A stretch of 56,940 bases of DNA, filler included, from Callorhinchus milii (Eukaryota): assembly GCF_018977255.1 (NCBI RefSeq). It is 2 parts of 2 records of this genome, joined end to end, with 100 filler letters (N's around TTAATTAATTAA, not from the genome) between each part and the next. Parts side by side here need not be neighbours in the genome. Positions count along the whole stretch, not along the records: positions 1 to 28,425 come from NW_024705671.1; 1 more part is not named here. The stretch is one strand, 5' to 3'. Shown piece by piece: positions 9,908-19,801 of this stretch. Under the pieces are notes generated by a model. That model did no database searches. It had not been told where the DNA came from and was given only the letters and a program-made list of their open reading frames with translations. How positions within the stretch are numbered: the stretch's first letter is position 1; each line of letters opens with the position of its first letter. The translations under genes and the position numbers were made by a program.

Positions 9908-11061
9908 CAGAGGCGAGGCTAGGGGGGGGGGGGGGGGCAGGGGGGTACATGTGTCCCCGGGCACCAAGGTAAAGGGGCGCCAAAATGAGGCTTGCAACGA
10001 TACATGATAACTTATTGCGGCGGGCGCGTCAGCCTGAAACTACTGCACAAATCTACACCTCAACCTAAAAGTTTATACATCCCGCCACACACAGCCTACA
10101 TGTCATGTAATAACATCTTGGTACGCGCGCCTATTAAAAATGTACATGGAAGAACGTCCCAAACAACAGACAGGCGCAGTCTTTCAGCCTTAGTCACTGG
10201 CCTGTTTTTTGGTGGCAGAAACTACGACGGCCTGAAACACGCTGGAGTGCACGATCAGAAGCTGTTAAAGCTACCTATGAAGCACTGGATGAACTAGTAG
10301 GGCTGCTAGACAAATTATCGGAGGACGTAACTATGATGCCTGAAACCAGAAGTGATGCAGAACAGTTACAGGCATGCGTATAAAGTTTTAACTTAATAGT
10401 TTCATTACATTTCTTGAATGTCTTTCTTGGAAAAATGGATCGTGTTCAGAAGCACTTACAGGATCCTACTATGAATTTCAAGGAAGCAGCAACTGATCTT
10501 TAATCTTTGGAGCATGAATTTGTCAAGCTTCGTGATGATTTGCCAAAACAAGATGCACAACCTGGGGGATCGATGTGGACAGAAGAATTAGGCGACGTCG
10601 GAAGATGCCGGGAGAACTGGCAAGAGATGCAGGACTTTGAGCAGAAGAAGAAATTGTGCGCGTTATGAAGAGCGTATTTTATCGACTTCAACAGGAGATG
10701 TCAACACGGTTTTTACGACTAAAAGACCTGAACACGAAATTTGGATTTCTGCTGGACGTCAAAACTCTTCTATCCGACACGGATGTCGATGCAGTTCGTC
10801 GAAATTGCACAGATTTGGGAAATTTCTATGACACCGACATCAATGGCCACGAACTTATCACAGAAATTGGAGATTGCAAAATGCTGCTCAGTAACCGGAA
10901 TGAAGTTCTACCAGAAACTCCTTTGGATCTTCTTGGTTTTATTGTCTTTTATGGAGACGACATATTTCCGAATTTCACTGCAAATCGTATTGACAATAGC
11001 AGTTTCAATTGCAAGCTGTGAGCCGTCGTTCAGCAAATTTAAACTTATTTTGTCGTTTTAA
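9908..11061 (+). mobile_element. hAT DNA transposon remnant (ZMYM1/Tip100-like transposase C-terminus)
   Basis: Frameshifted IFPNF/RISLQIVLTIAVSIASCEPSFSKFKLI resembles the hAT dimerisation motif (ASCERSFSKLKLIK), preceded by LQQEMSTRF..KFGFL. GC-rich CAG-starting end at 9908. Confidence 0.75.
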
Positions 11062-11733
11062 AGCTTTCGTGACTGCAGGGATTCAGTGCATATTATCAGA
11101 GTTGTTTTTTATTTGCATTATGGCTGCAGGTATTGTGGTCTATGTAAACAGGACTCCTTGTAAAAACAAGGTGTCAGTTTTGTTGCCGGATAGAAGGGTA
11201 AAAAAACAATTATCATATTTTTACTGGCAAATGAGGTTCCAATTGTGTTATTCCTTATTCGATGTTATAGGAAAATGTGATTATACGGTGGGGGGAGGGG
11301 CGTCAATTTAACAGGACCCTGCGGGGTGGGCTGGTAGGAATAATAATTAGTAACCGGGAGGAGCGATGCGCGCCAGAGGCTCCGAGTCCCCGCCCTCTAC
11401 CCCGCCCCTTAGCAACGCGCCCTGCTTAAGTGGTGAGGGCGGCGTGTGGTGATCGTGGTGATCGTGGGTGGCCGAGGAGTCGTGTGGACGCCGCTGTGTC
11501 GACTGTCCCCGTCTTCAACTACTTGGGGGCGAAGTGGTCGTTTGCAGACTTCACGGCGACCGACTTCAGCGAGGAGGCGCTTTTATCTCAGCGACGCCAT
11601 CAAATCGACGACGCCGTGACGACAAAACGCAGCGATTTTCGCGGGAGCCGACGACTTGGTGACGCGCAGTTGACAGCCCCCCCCAACACCACCCTCAACA
11701 CCACCCCCCACCACACCACCCCCACCACCACCT

Positions 11734-12277
11734 TCTGCACTAGGCCTCGCGAAGCCTTCTCTGCACTAGGCCTCGCGAAGCCTTGTGCACTAGGCCTCGC
11801 AAAGCCTTCTCTGCACTAGGCCTCGCGAAGCCTTCCTGCAGTAGGCTCGCGATGCCTTTTCTGCAGTAGGCCTCGCGAAGCCTTCTCTGCAGTAGGCTCG
11901 CGATGCCTTTCTGCACTAGGCCTCGCGAAGCCTTCCTGCAGTAGGCTCGCGATGCCTTTCTGCACTAGGCCTCGCAAAGTCTTCTCTGCAGTAGACCTAG
12001 CGAAGCCTTCTGCACTAGGCCTCGCAAAGTCTTCTCTGCAGTAGGCCTCGCGAAGCCTTCTGCACTAGGCCTCGCGAAGCCTTCTGCACTAGGCCTCGCG
12101 AAGCCTTCTGCACTAGGCCTCGCAAAGTCTTCTCTGCAGTAGGCCTCGCGAAGCCTTCTGCACTAGGCCTCGCGAAGCCTTCTGCACTAGGCCTCGCGAA
12201 GCCTTCCCTGCAGTAGGCCTCGCGAAGCCTTCTCTGCAGTAGGGCTCGCGATGCCTTTTCTGCAGTAGGCCTCGCAA
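11734..12277. repeat. ~24-26-bp quasi-palindromic minisatellite (ttctgcactaggcctcgcgaagcc)n, about 21 units
   Basis: Tandem units with core aggcctcgcgaagcct, one mismatch from a perfect palindrome; no unique spacers. Confidence 0.95.
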
Positions 12278-12365
12278 ATAAGGCGATTAAATGTATCTCG
12301 TGTCTGTGTTAATATAAATATATCTTGTCTCTGTGTTAAAAAAGCGTGCTGCGTTTCAGTAAAGT

Positions 12366-12462
12366 AAATTTGAAGCGAAGTTTAAAGTTTCGCCGTGAGG
12401 CGCCGGAAGCGACGGCCATCTTGTTTAGTTCACAGATCGCAGGGGGAGCGGGCGGCCATCTT
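12366..12462 (-). promoter_or_regulatory. Candidate G2/M (CDE/CHR) promoter facing the CDC20-like gene
   Basis: Minus: CGGCG-aaac-TTTAAA (12395-12381) fits CDE + 4 nt + CHR. Also TTTGAA on plus (12369-12374), ETS core CCGGAAG (12403-12409) and two YY1-like GCCATCTTG. Confidence 0.5.
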
Positions 12463-12675
12463 GTCGGACAGACGGACGGACGGACACATTAATCTATTGG
12501 TGGTCTGGTCCACTTCGTTCCTACCAGTAATAGAAACCCATAGAGACCCACAGAGACACATAGAGACCCATAAATATGCATCGAGATGAATAAAGACCCA
12601 TAGAGATACATAGAGACCCACAGAGTCACACAGAGACACATGGTTGAGACCCATAGACTAAACTGAAATTTAACT

Positions 12676-13012
12676 TTCGATTTAAAGCTTTCGTGACTGC
12701 AGGGATTCATCTTCTTGGTTCTTTCGGTAAAGTCACGTAGAAGGGAAATAATAAAATAATAAAAATAAAACTAATACAATATTTATTATTATTATGTTTT
12801 ATTTGTATTATTTTGTTATTTCCCCTCTACGTGACTTTTCCCAAAGAACCAAGAAGATGAATCCTGCAGTCACGAAAGCTTTATATCGAAATATAATAAT
12901 ATATGACAATAATAATTTATTATTTTATTATAGTATATTATAATATTATTTTATTATGTTTTATTTTTATTATTTCCCTTCTACGTGACTTTGCCGAAAG
13001 AACCAAGAAGAT
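12676..13012. mobile_element. Inverted pair of PLE termini forming a ~215-bp palindrome, plus a third partial copy
   Basis: 12676-12775 is the reverse complement of 12790-12891 (tttcgatttaaagctttcgtgactgcagg ... cctgcagtcacgaaagctttatatcgaaa). Confidence 0.8.
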
Positions 13013-13096
13013 ATGATATTGTTTTGATATAACCTGCGTGTTCAACAGTGAACAGACTTGACTCTGGCACACGCACTGCCATGGTAAACAGCAGCA

Positions 13097-13965
13097 GGGG
13101 TTGTCCCCTCCATATTTAGAGTCAACATCAGCACGCGCTCAGCGTGTTTGACAGACATTGACACACGTAGCCTTGGTTCTAAAGTCACGTAGATAGCAAA
13201 TACAGATAACAGATAATGGAAATAAACAAAGACCACTTGTGTTGCGGTCAAAACGTCGTGGGTTTTTTTGCTTTATTTGCATTTTTTTATTTAATTTAAT
13301 ATTTTTTTCTGTTATTTTATTTCCTATCTCCGTGACTTTACAGAAAGAACCAAGAATATGAATTGCTGCAGTTACTAAAGTTTTAAGTCAAAAAACATTG
13401 ACACACGCGTTGACAAAACCCACCTTGTTGTTGTTGTGGGCAGGTAGCTTCTGTAAACAAGAGCGGTACAGCAGCTCAGGCGGGCTTGGGCTGGTAAAAA
13501 AACGAAAAAAACTGCGTTAATATCTACAATAAACCAAAGTGACAAAGTAGCGAGCCGCGTGAAGACAAATTAAACTTAAGGGAGGGAATTAAAGCAAACG
13601 CGACCAGGCGAGGGCAGGAGGCAAGGCCCCGCGTGTCTAGGCCCCGCGTTGTAAAGTTCCAACTTGGACATCGATTCACAAGCTGCTGCTGCTCTAGTGA
13701 CATCCCTACGAGAGAGAGAGCGAGGCTCTAGCTTGGTAAAACAACAACAACAACAACCACAACAACAACTGCGATGAGAATTTCTCACCTCAGATTTCAC
13801 TGCACGCGCGAAGCTGCAGCCTGTGACGTCACGCGGCAGCAGGTGACATGACGTCACTCCCGGGGTACAAGCAACAGCCCTCCCACAACGAGTGGCTACT
13901 CTAACTGACGTCATTAATACATTATGTTAATGTATTGCGATCGAAACGTGGGTTTTTTGCTTTAA
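13097..13965 (-). repeat. Left arm of a ~870-bp inverted duplication
   Basis: Reverse complement of ~16132-17026; the shared pseudo-ORF EPRSLSRRDVTRAAAACESMSKLELYN.. appears on opposite strands. Confidence 0.92.
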
Positions 13966-14227
13966 TGTATAATAAAATATTTATTTTATTATTATGTATA
14001 ATAAAATAAATATTCAATGTTTTATTTTGTTAAAAAAAAATAGGTATTTTCGCATGAGCAAAATTTATTTCTTTTATTATATTTTATTTTTATGATAAAA
14101 CATAATAAATACATATTTTTTACGTATAATTAAATAATTCTTTTCTTTTAATTATAAAACATTAAAATAATTATTTGATTATGTAAAATGAAATAGTCAT
14201 TTTATTATATTTTGAGAGAGTCACGTG

Positions 14228-14300
14228 GTGTCTGTGGTGCAATGGGTAGCGCGGCTGCCTGCAGAGTAGAAGGTTGTAGGTTCAATTCCTGCCGGGCTCG
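14228..14300 (+). pseudogene. tRNA-like sequence (GCA at the anticodon position), probably a pseudogene or SINE head
   Basis: 73 nt with A-box tggtgcaatgg, anticodon arm ctgc-ctgcaga-gtag, T-arm gtagg-ttcaatt-cctgc, imperfect acceptor stem gtgtctg/cgggctc, and a T-run about 10 nt downstream. Confidence 0.55.
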
Positions 14301-14334
14301 ATATGTATATTTTTTATAAGTATTTTTTATTTCT

Positions 14335-15210
14335 CGTCACATCTCTAACGTCTTAAAGGGCTTTAAAACAGCAAAATTGAGGGCGACAAGAGGTCAAGCT
14401 GGTTCACCAATGTGAACATGTCACCAACAATAACGCCAGACGTTACATTTATAATTTGATTTTTAAAAAAATATTCCTCGTGGAGGATGCTGGCGTCGAT
14501 CCAGCAACCTAAACAGAGGTCAGTGTACTTAGTGGCGTGCTCACGCCACCAGGTGCGCTGATCTCTCCGTAGCATCGTGAGGGTCCCAGTGTCGTTGGTA
14601 GCGTGCAAGCTGTGTGTGTCATCTTCTTGGTTCTTTCGGTAAAGTCACGTAGAATGGAAATAATAAAAATAAAACATAATAAAATAATTATTTTATTATG
14701 TATAATAAAATAATTATTTTATAATAAAATAATTATTTATTATGTATAATGATTATTTTATTATGTATAATAATTATTTTATTATGTATAATATAATAAT
14801 TATTTTATTATGTTTTAATTTTATTATTGGCTCAGATGGTAGCGCGCTCGAGAAAAGAGAAGTGAACACATCTCAGATGCACGTCCAGTACAAGGATAGA
14901 CGGTGTGAAATGTCTTACTGACAACACAGAGCTCGCTAACACACACAACTGGCACGCTAGTAACTACACTTGAGCCCTCTCGATGCCAATAAGAGTTTAG
15001 TGTACCTGGTAGCGTGAGCACGCTAACAGATGCACTGATCTCTTTGATGTTTAGGTCGCCGGATCGATTCCCGCATCCTCCACGAGGAATATTTTTTTAA
15101 ATCAATTTTTTAATGTAACGTCCATCGTTCACATTGGTGAACCAGCTTGACCTCTTGTCGTCCTCGATGTTGCTGTTTTGAAGCCCCTGTTAAGACGTTA
15201 GAGATGTGAC
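14335..15210. repeat. Inner inverted repeat (14335-14562 versus 14996-15210), each arm containing a tRNA-Ala-like 3' half
   Basis: gtcacatctctaacgtcttaa...gacaagaggtcaagctggttcaccaatgtgaac is found reverse-complemented at 15128-15210. Confidence 0.85.
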
Positions 15211-15924
15211 AACAACAACCATAAGATAACTTAGATTAAGCCATCAGTCTAACTCTGTACTACAACAAACAAACAAACATGGCTAAACCAATACACTTTT
15301 CGAAATCACCAAAATAAAGCCATGAAAGCAAAATTTCGATCAACAATGTTTCTTTTAATAAACAGCAAATTCCAATCAAGCGGTCAGTGCCTTGCCCAAT
15401 GGACTCACCAAATGTGTAACGTTTTCTATTTGAATAAATGTAAAACAAGTATAACCCGTAAAAACAAAGTTTTTCACTCTAAATCCTTTATATGCGTGGC
15501 GGCTAGAGTCCTCTCGTCCTCTGGCTTGAGATGGCTGCCACCTATGGGTCAGATGATTGCCTGCCACCATTAAGCAATTGGTAATTAAATATTTAATTTG
15601 TTTCCCTAAACAGTGTAAAATTTTGGACATTTTTTTTCACGAACATTAATTGTCACGCACAACGAGTCTGTGTGCAAAATGTCAGCTCGATTGGATCACG
15701 GGAAGTGGGTTAAAAAACGACTGAAAGATTTGCACGGTCGTAAGTAAGCACGCAAGCGAACTTAATATAAAGGATTTAAAAATATATTCGCCCGCGGAGG
15801 ACGCGGGGATCCAACCCGCGACCTCTTGCATGGGAAGCGAGACTGCGCCACTCGCCCAGCGCGTGAAGGTGTCACGCGCTGGGCTCCTACACGGTGACGT
15901 TCAGCCACATCCATGATGAGTTCC

Positions 15925-16135
15925 AGATTTGAAGCTTTCGTGACTGCAATGATTCATACTCTTAGGCTTTTTCGGTCAAGTCGCTTATTAAATTGTAGAT
16001 TTGAAGCTTTCGTGACTGCAATGATTCATACTCTTAGGCTTTTTTCGGTAAAGTCGTTTATTAAATTGTAGATTTGAAGCTTTCGTGACTGCAATGATTC
16101 ATGCTCTTAGGCTTTTTCGGTAAAGTCACTCATTA
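15925..16135 (-). mobile_element. Three tandem ~72-bp PLE 3'-terminus copies
   Basis: agatttgaagctttcgtgactgcaatgattcatactcttaggctttttcggt.aagtc repeated three times. Confidence 0.8.
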
Positions 16136-17026
16136 AAGCATAAAACCCACGACGTTTCGATCTCAACACATTAACATAATGTGTTAATGACGTCAGTTAG
16201 AGTAGCCACTCGTTGTGGGAGGGGAATGTCTTGTACCCCGGAAGTGACGTCATGTCACCTGCTGCCGCGTGACGTCACAAGCTACAGCTTCGCGCGTGCA
16301 GTGAAATCCGAGGTGAGAAATTCTCATCGTCGTTGTGGTTGTTGTTGTGGTGGTTGTTGTTGTTGTGGTTGTTGTTGTTTACCAAGGTAGAGCCTCGCTC
16401 TCTCTCTCGTAGGGATGTCACTAGAGCAGCAGCAGCTTGTGAATCGATGTCCAAGTTGGAACTTTACAACGCGGGGCCTAGACACGCGGGGCCTTGCCTC
16501 CTGCCCTCGCCTGGTCGCGTTTGCTTTAATTCCCTCCCTTAAGTTTAATTTGTCTTCACGCGGCTCGCTACTTTGTCACTTTGGTTTATTGTAGATATTA
16601 ACGCAGTTTTTTTCGTTTTTTACCAGCCCAAGCCCGCCTGAGCTGCTGTACCGCTCTTGTTTACAGAAGCTACCTGCCCACAACAACAACAAGGTGGGTG
16701 GGGTTTTGTCAACACGTGTGTCAATGTTTTGACTTAAAACTTTCGTAACTGCAGCAATTCATATTCTTGGTTCTTTCGGTGAAGTCACGGAGATAGAAAA
16801 TTTAGTAAAAATAACATAATAAAATGAATAAAAGTAAACAAAATTGTAAATAAATAAAAAAACCCACGACGTTTCGATCAAGTGGCATTTATTTGATGTT
16901 ATTATCTGTTGTTATTGTCTATCTACGTGACTTTACCGAAAGAACCAAGAATACGTGTGGAAATGTGTATCGGTCAAAGACGCTGCACGCGTGCTGATGT
17001 TGACTCTAAATGTGGAGGGGAAACCC
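16132..17026 (+). repeat. Right arm of the ~870-bp inverted duplication
   Basis: Reverse complement of 13097-13965. Confidence 0.92.
16188..16318 (+). promoter_or_regulatory. CRE/ETS promoter and probable non-coding first exon of the zinc-finger gene
   Basis: Three perfect TGACGTCA (16188, 16245, 16270), composite CCGGAAGTGACGTCA (16238-16252), donor GAG|gtgaga after 16312. Confidence 0.6.
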
Positions 17027-17053
17027 GGGAGATTCGGAGGAAAATCCACGCGA

Positions 17054-17919
17054 CCACGGAGAGAGAGACACGCAAACTCCAAATATACAGCAGCAGGCGT
17101 CAGGGTCGGGATCGAACCCACGACTTCCTGTATACCAGGCGAGGTAGTTAACATCTCACCACGGAGAGAGAGGACACGCAAACTCCAAATATACAGCAGC
17201 AGGCGTCAGGGTCGGGATCGAACCCACGACTTCCTGTATACCAGGCGAGGTAGTTAACATCTCACCACGGAGAGAGAGACACGCAAACTCCAAATATACA
17301 GCAGCAGGCGTCAGGGTCGGGATCGAACCCACGACTTCCTGTATACCAGGCGAGGTAGTTAACATCTCACCACGGGGAGAGAGACACGCAAACTCCAAAT
17401 ATACAGCAGCAGGCGTCAGGGTCGGGATCGAACCTACGACTTCCTGTATACCAGGCGAGGTAGTTAACATCTCACCACGGAGAGAGAGAGAGACACGCAA
17501 ACTCCAAATATACAGCAGCAGGCGTCAGGGTCGGGATCGAACCCACGACTTCCTGTATACCAGATGAGGTAGTTAACATCTCACCACGGGAGAGAGAGAG
17601 AGACACGCAAACTCCAAATATACAGCAGCAGGCGTCAGGGTCGGGATCGAACCCACGACTTCCTGTATACCAGGCGAGGTAGTTAACATCTCACCACGGA
17701 GAGAGAGAGACACGCAAACTCCAAATATACAGCAGCAGCAGGCGTCAGGGTCGGGATCGAACCCACGACTTCCTGTATACCAGGCGAGGTAGTTAACATT
17801 CACCACGGAGAGAGAGAGAGACACGCAAACTCCAAATATAAAGCAGCAGGCGTCAGGGTCGGGATTGAACCCACGACTTCCTGTATTCCAGGTGAGGTAG
17901 TCAGCATCTCACCACGGAG
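17054..17919 (-). repeat. Tandem array of eight ~105-110-bp tRNA/SINE-head-like units
   Basis: Minus-strand unit ccgtggtgagatgttaactacctcgcctggtatacaggaagtcgtgGGTTCGATCCcgaccctgacgcc... carries a B-box; units differ mainly in (ga)n length. Confidence 0.85.
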
Positions 17920-18139
17920 ATACGAGGGCTTCCAGACATATTTATGACCATTTGCCCTCTCATTGTGTGCAATAACAGCCCGTGTGATGAATTTGGGAAA
18001 CTTTTTCACGACATCATGAATATGTGAATAAGTATAGAAGTCACGTGTGACTGTGTTTTTGCATTCATCTGTGCCTCGATACTGACGTGTAGGTGGTGTG
18101 GATATTCTTTTTTTCTGTCTACAGCTGTCGTTTGGTCTG

Positions 18140-19801
18140 ATGGAGCAAAAGCAGTCAGCACAGCTCGGTACGGCAAGGCAACAATGCGACCAGCGTGCGT
18201 ACAGCACGGATCGCACTGGAAATTTGACACAGCACCAGAGAACACACACAGGAGAGAAACCCTTCAAGTGCACTGTGTGTGTAAAGGCCTTTGCAAAGTC
18301 ACATAATCTTGTAAGACACCAGAGAATACACACGGGAGAGAAACCCTTCAAGTGCAGTGTGTGTGTGAAGGCATTTTCACAGTCACATAATCTTGTAATA
18401 CATCAGAGAACACACACGGGAGTGAAACCTTTCAGGTGCACGATTTGCGGGAAGGCGTTTGCACATGCATCCGTTGTTCAGGCCCACCAGAGTGCACACA
18501 CAGGAGAGAACCCCTTCAAGTGCAGTGTGTGTGGGAAGGCATTTTCACTGTCATCTGTTCTTAAAAAACACCAGAGAACACATACAGGAGAGAGACCCTT
18601 CAAGTGCAGTGTGTGTGGCATGGCATTTTCACAGTCATATCATCTTAAAAATCACCAGAGAACACACACAGGAGAGAAACCCTTCAGGTGCTTTCTGTGC
18701 GGGAAGGCGTTTACACGGTCAGAACATCTTCAAAGACACGAGAGAACACACACGGGAGAGAAACACTTCAAGTGCACTGTGTGTGGGAAGACATTTTCAC
18801 GGTCATATTCTCTTAAAAAACATCAGAGAACACACACAGGAGAGAAACCCTTCAGGTGCATTCTGTGCGGGAAGGCGTTTGCAAAGTCACAACATCTTCA
18901 AAGACACCAGAGAACACACACGGGAGAGAAACCCTTCAAGTGCAGTGTGTGTGGTAAGGCATTTTCACAGTCACATAATCTTGTAATACACCAGAGAACA
19001 CACACGGGAGAGAAACCCTTCAAGTGCAGTGTGTGTGGGAAGGCATTTTCACAGTCACATAATCTTGTAATACACCAGAGAACACACACGGGAGAGAAAC
19101 CCTTCAAGTGCAGTGTGTGTGGGAAGGCATTTTCACAGTCACATAATCTTGTAATACATCAGAGAACACACACGGGAGTGAAACCTTTCAGGTGCACAAT
19201 GTGCGGGAAGGCGTTTGCACAAGCATCCGTTGTTCAGGCCCACCAGAGAACACACACAGGAGAGAAACCCTTCAAGTGCACTGTGTGTGGGAAGACATTT
19301 TCACAGTCATCTGCTCTTAAAAAACACCAGAGAACACACACAGGAGAGAAACCCTTCAAGTGCACTGTGTGTAGCATGGCATTTTCACATTCATCTGCTC
19401 TTAAATATCACCAGAGAACACACACAGGAGAGAAGCCCTTCAGGTGCTTTCTGTGCGGGAAGGCGTTTACACGGTCAGAACATCTTCAAAGACACGAGAG
19501 AACGCACACGGGAGAGAAACCCTTCAAGTGCACTGTGTGTGGGAAGACATTTTCACAGTCATCTCTTAAAAAACATCAGAGAACACACACAGGAGAGAAA
19601 CCCTTCAGGTGCATTCTGTGCGGGAAGGCGTTTACACGGTCAGAACATCTTCAAAGACACGAGAGAACACACACGGGAGAGAAACCCTTCAGGTCCACTT
19701 GGCGGGAAGGCGTTTGCACATTCATCAAATCTTTAAAGACACCAGAGAACGCACAAGCATCAGAAGATCTGCAAGGAGTGGAGTCTGAAATCAGCTTGTG
19801 A
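18140..19801 (+). CDS. Tandem C2H2 zinc-finger protein (17 fingers with TGEKP linkers, no KRAB visible)
   Basis: Single coding exon after acceptor tttttttctgtctacag (18124), ATG at 18140. One degenerate N-terminal finger, 17 CxxC..HxxxH fingers, then a frameshifted final finger. Confidence 0.93.
   Translation: MEQKQSAQLGTARQQCDQRAYSTDRTGNLTQHQRTHTGEKPFKCTVCVKAFAKSHNLVRHQRIHTGEKPFKCSVCVKAFSQSHNLVIHQRTHTGVKPFRCTICGKAFAHASVVQAHQSAHTGENPFKCSVCGKAFSLSSVLKKHQRTHTGERPFKCSVCGMAFSQSYHLKNHQRTHTGEKPFRCFLCGKAFTRSEHLQRHERTHTGEKHFKCTVCGKTFSRSYSLKKHQRTHTGEKPFRCILCGKAFAKSQHLQRHQRTHTGEKPFKCSVCGKAFSQSHNLVIHQRTHTGEKPFKCSVCGKAFSQSHNLVIHQRTHTGEKPFKCSVCGKAFSQSHNLVIHQRTHTGVKPFRCTMCGKAFAQASVVQAHQRTHTGEKPFKCTVCGKTFSQSSALKKHQRTHTGEKPFKCTVCSMAFSHSSALKYHQRTHTGEKPFRCFLCGKAFTRSEHLQRHERTHTGEKPFKCTVCGKTFSQSSLKKHQRTHTGEKPFRCILCGKAFTRSEHLQRHERTHTGEKPFRSTWREGVCTFIKSLKTPENAQASEDLQGVESEISL

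Noticed and set aside
11430..11819. GC-rich ORF downstream of GC boxes and an RFX-like CCTTAGCAAC
   Set aside because: No recognisable protein similarity, no ATG start, and it runs into the satellite.
11734..12277. CRISPR-like palindromic repeats (also the 45-bp hairpin units at 7975-8160 and the array at 17054-17919)
   Set aside because: Units abut with no unique spacers, there are no cas genes, and the context is eukaryotic.
13232..13262. Additional hammerheads here and at ~13940, 16150, 16870 and 20630
   Set aside because: Only the GAAACGUC-like side survives and CUGANGA is missing, so they are not called as ribozymes.
13576..13914. Peptide shared with 16181-16542 as a duplicated small protein
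   Set aside because: Identity is explained by the DNA inverted repeat, and the frame is broken by the (tgt)n tract in the right copy.
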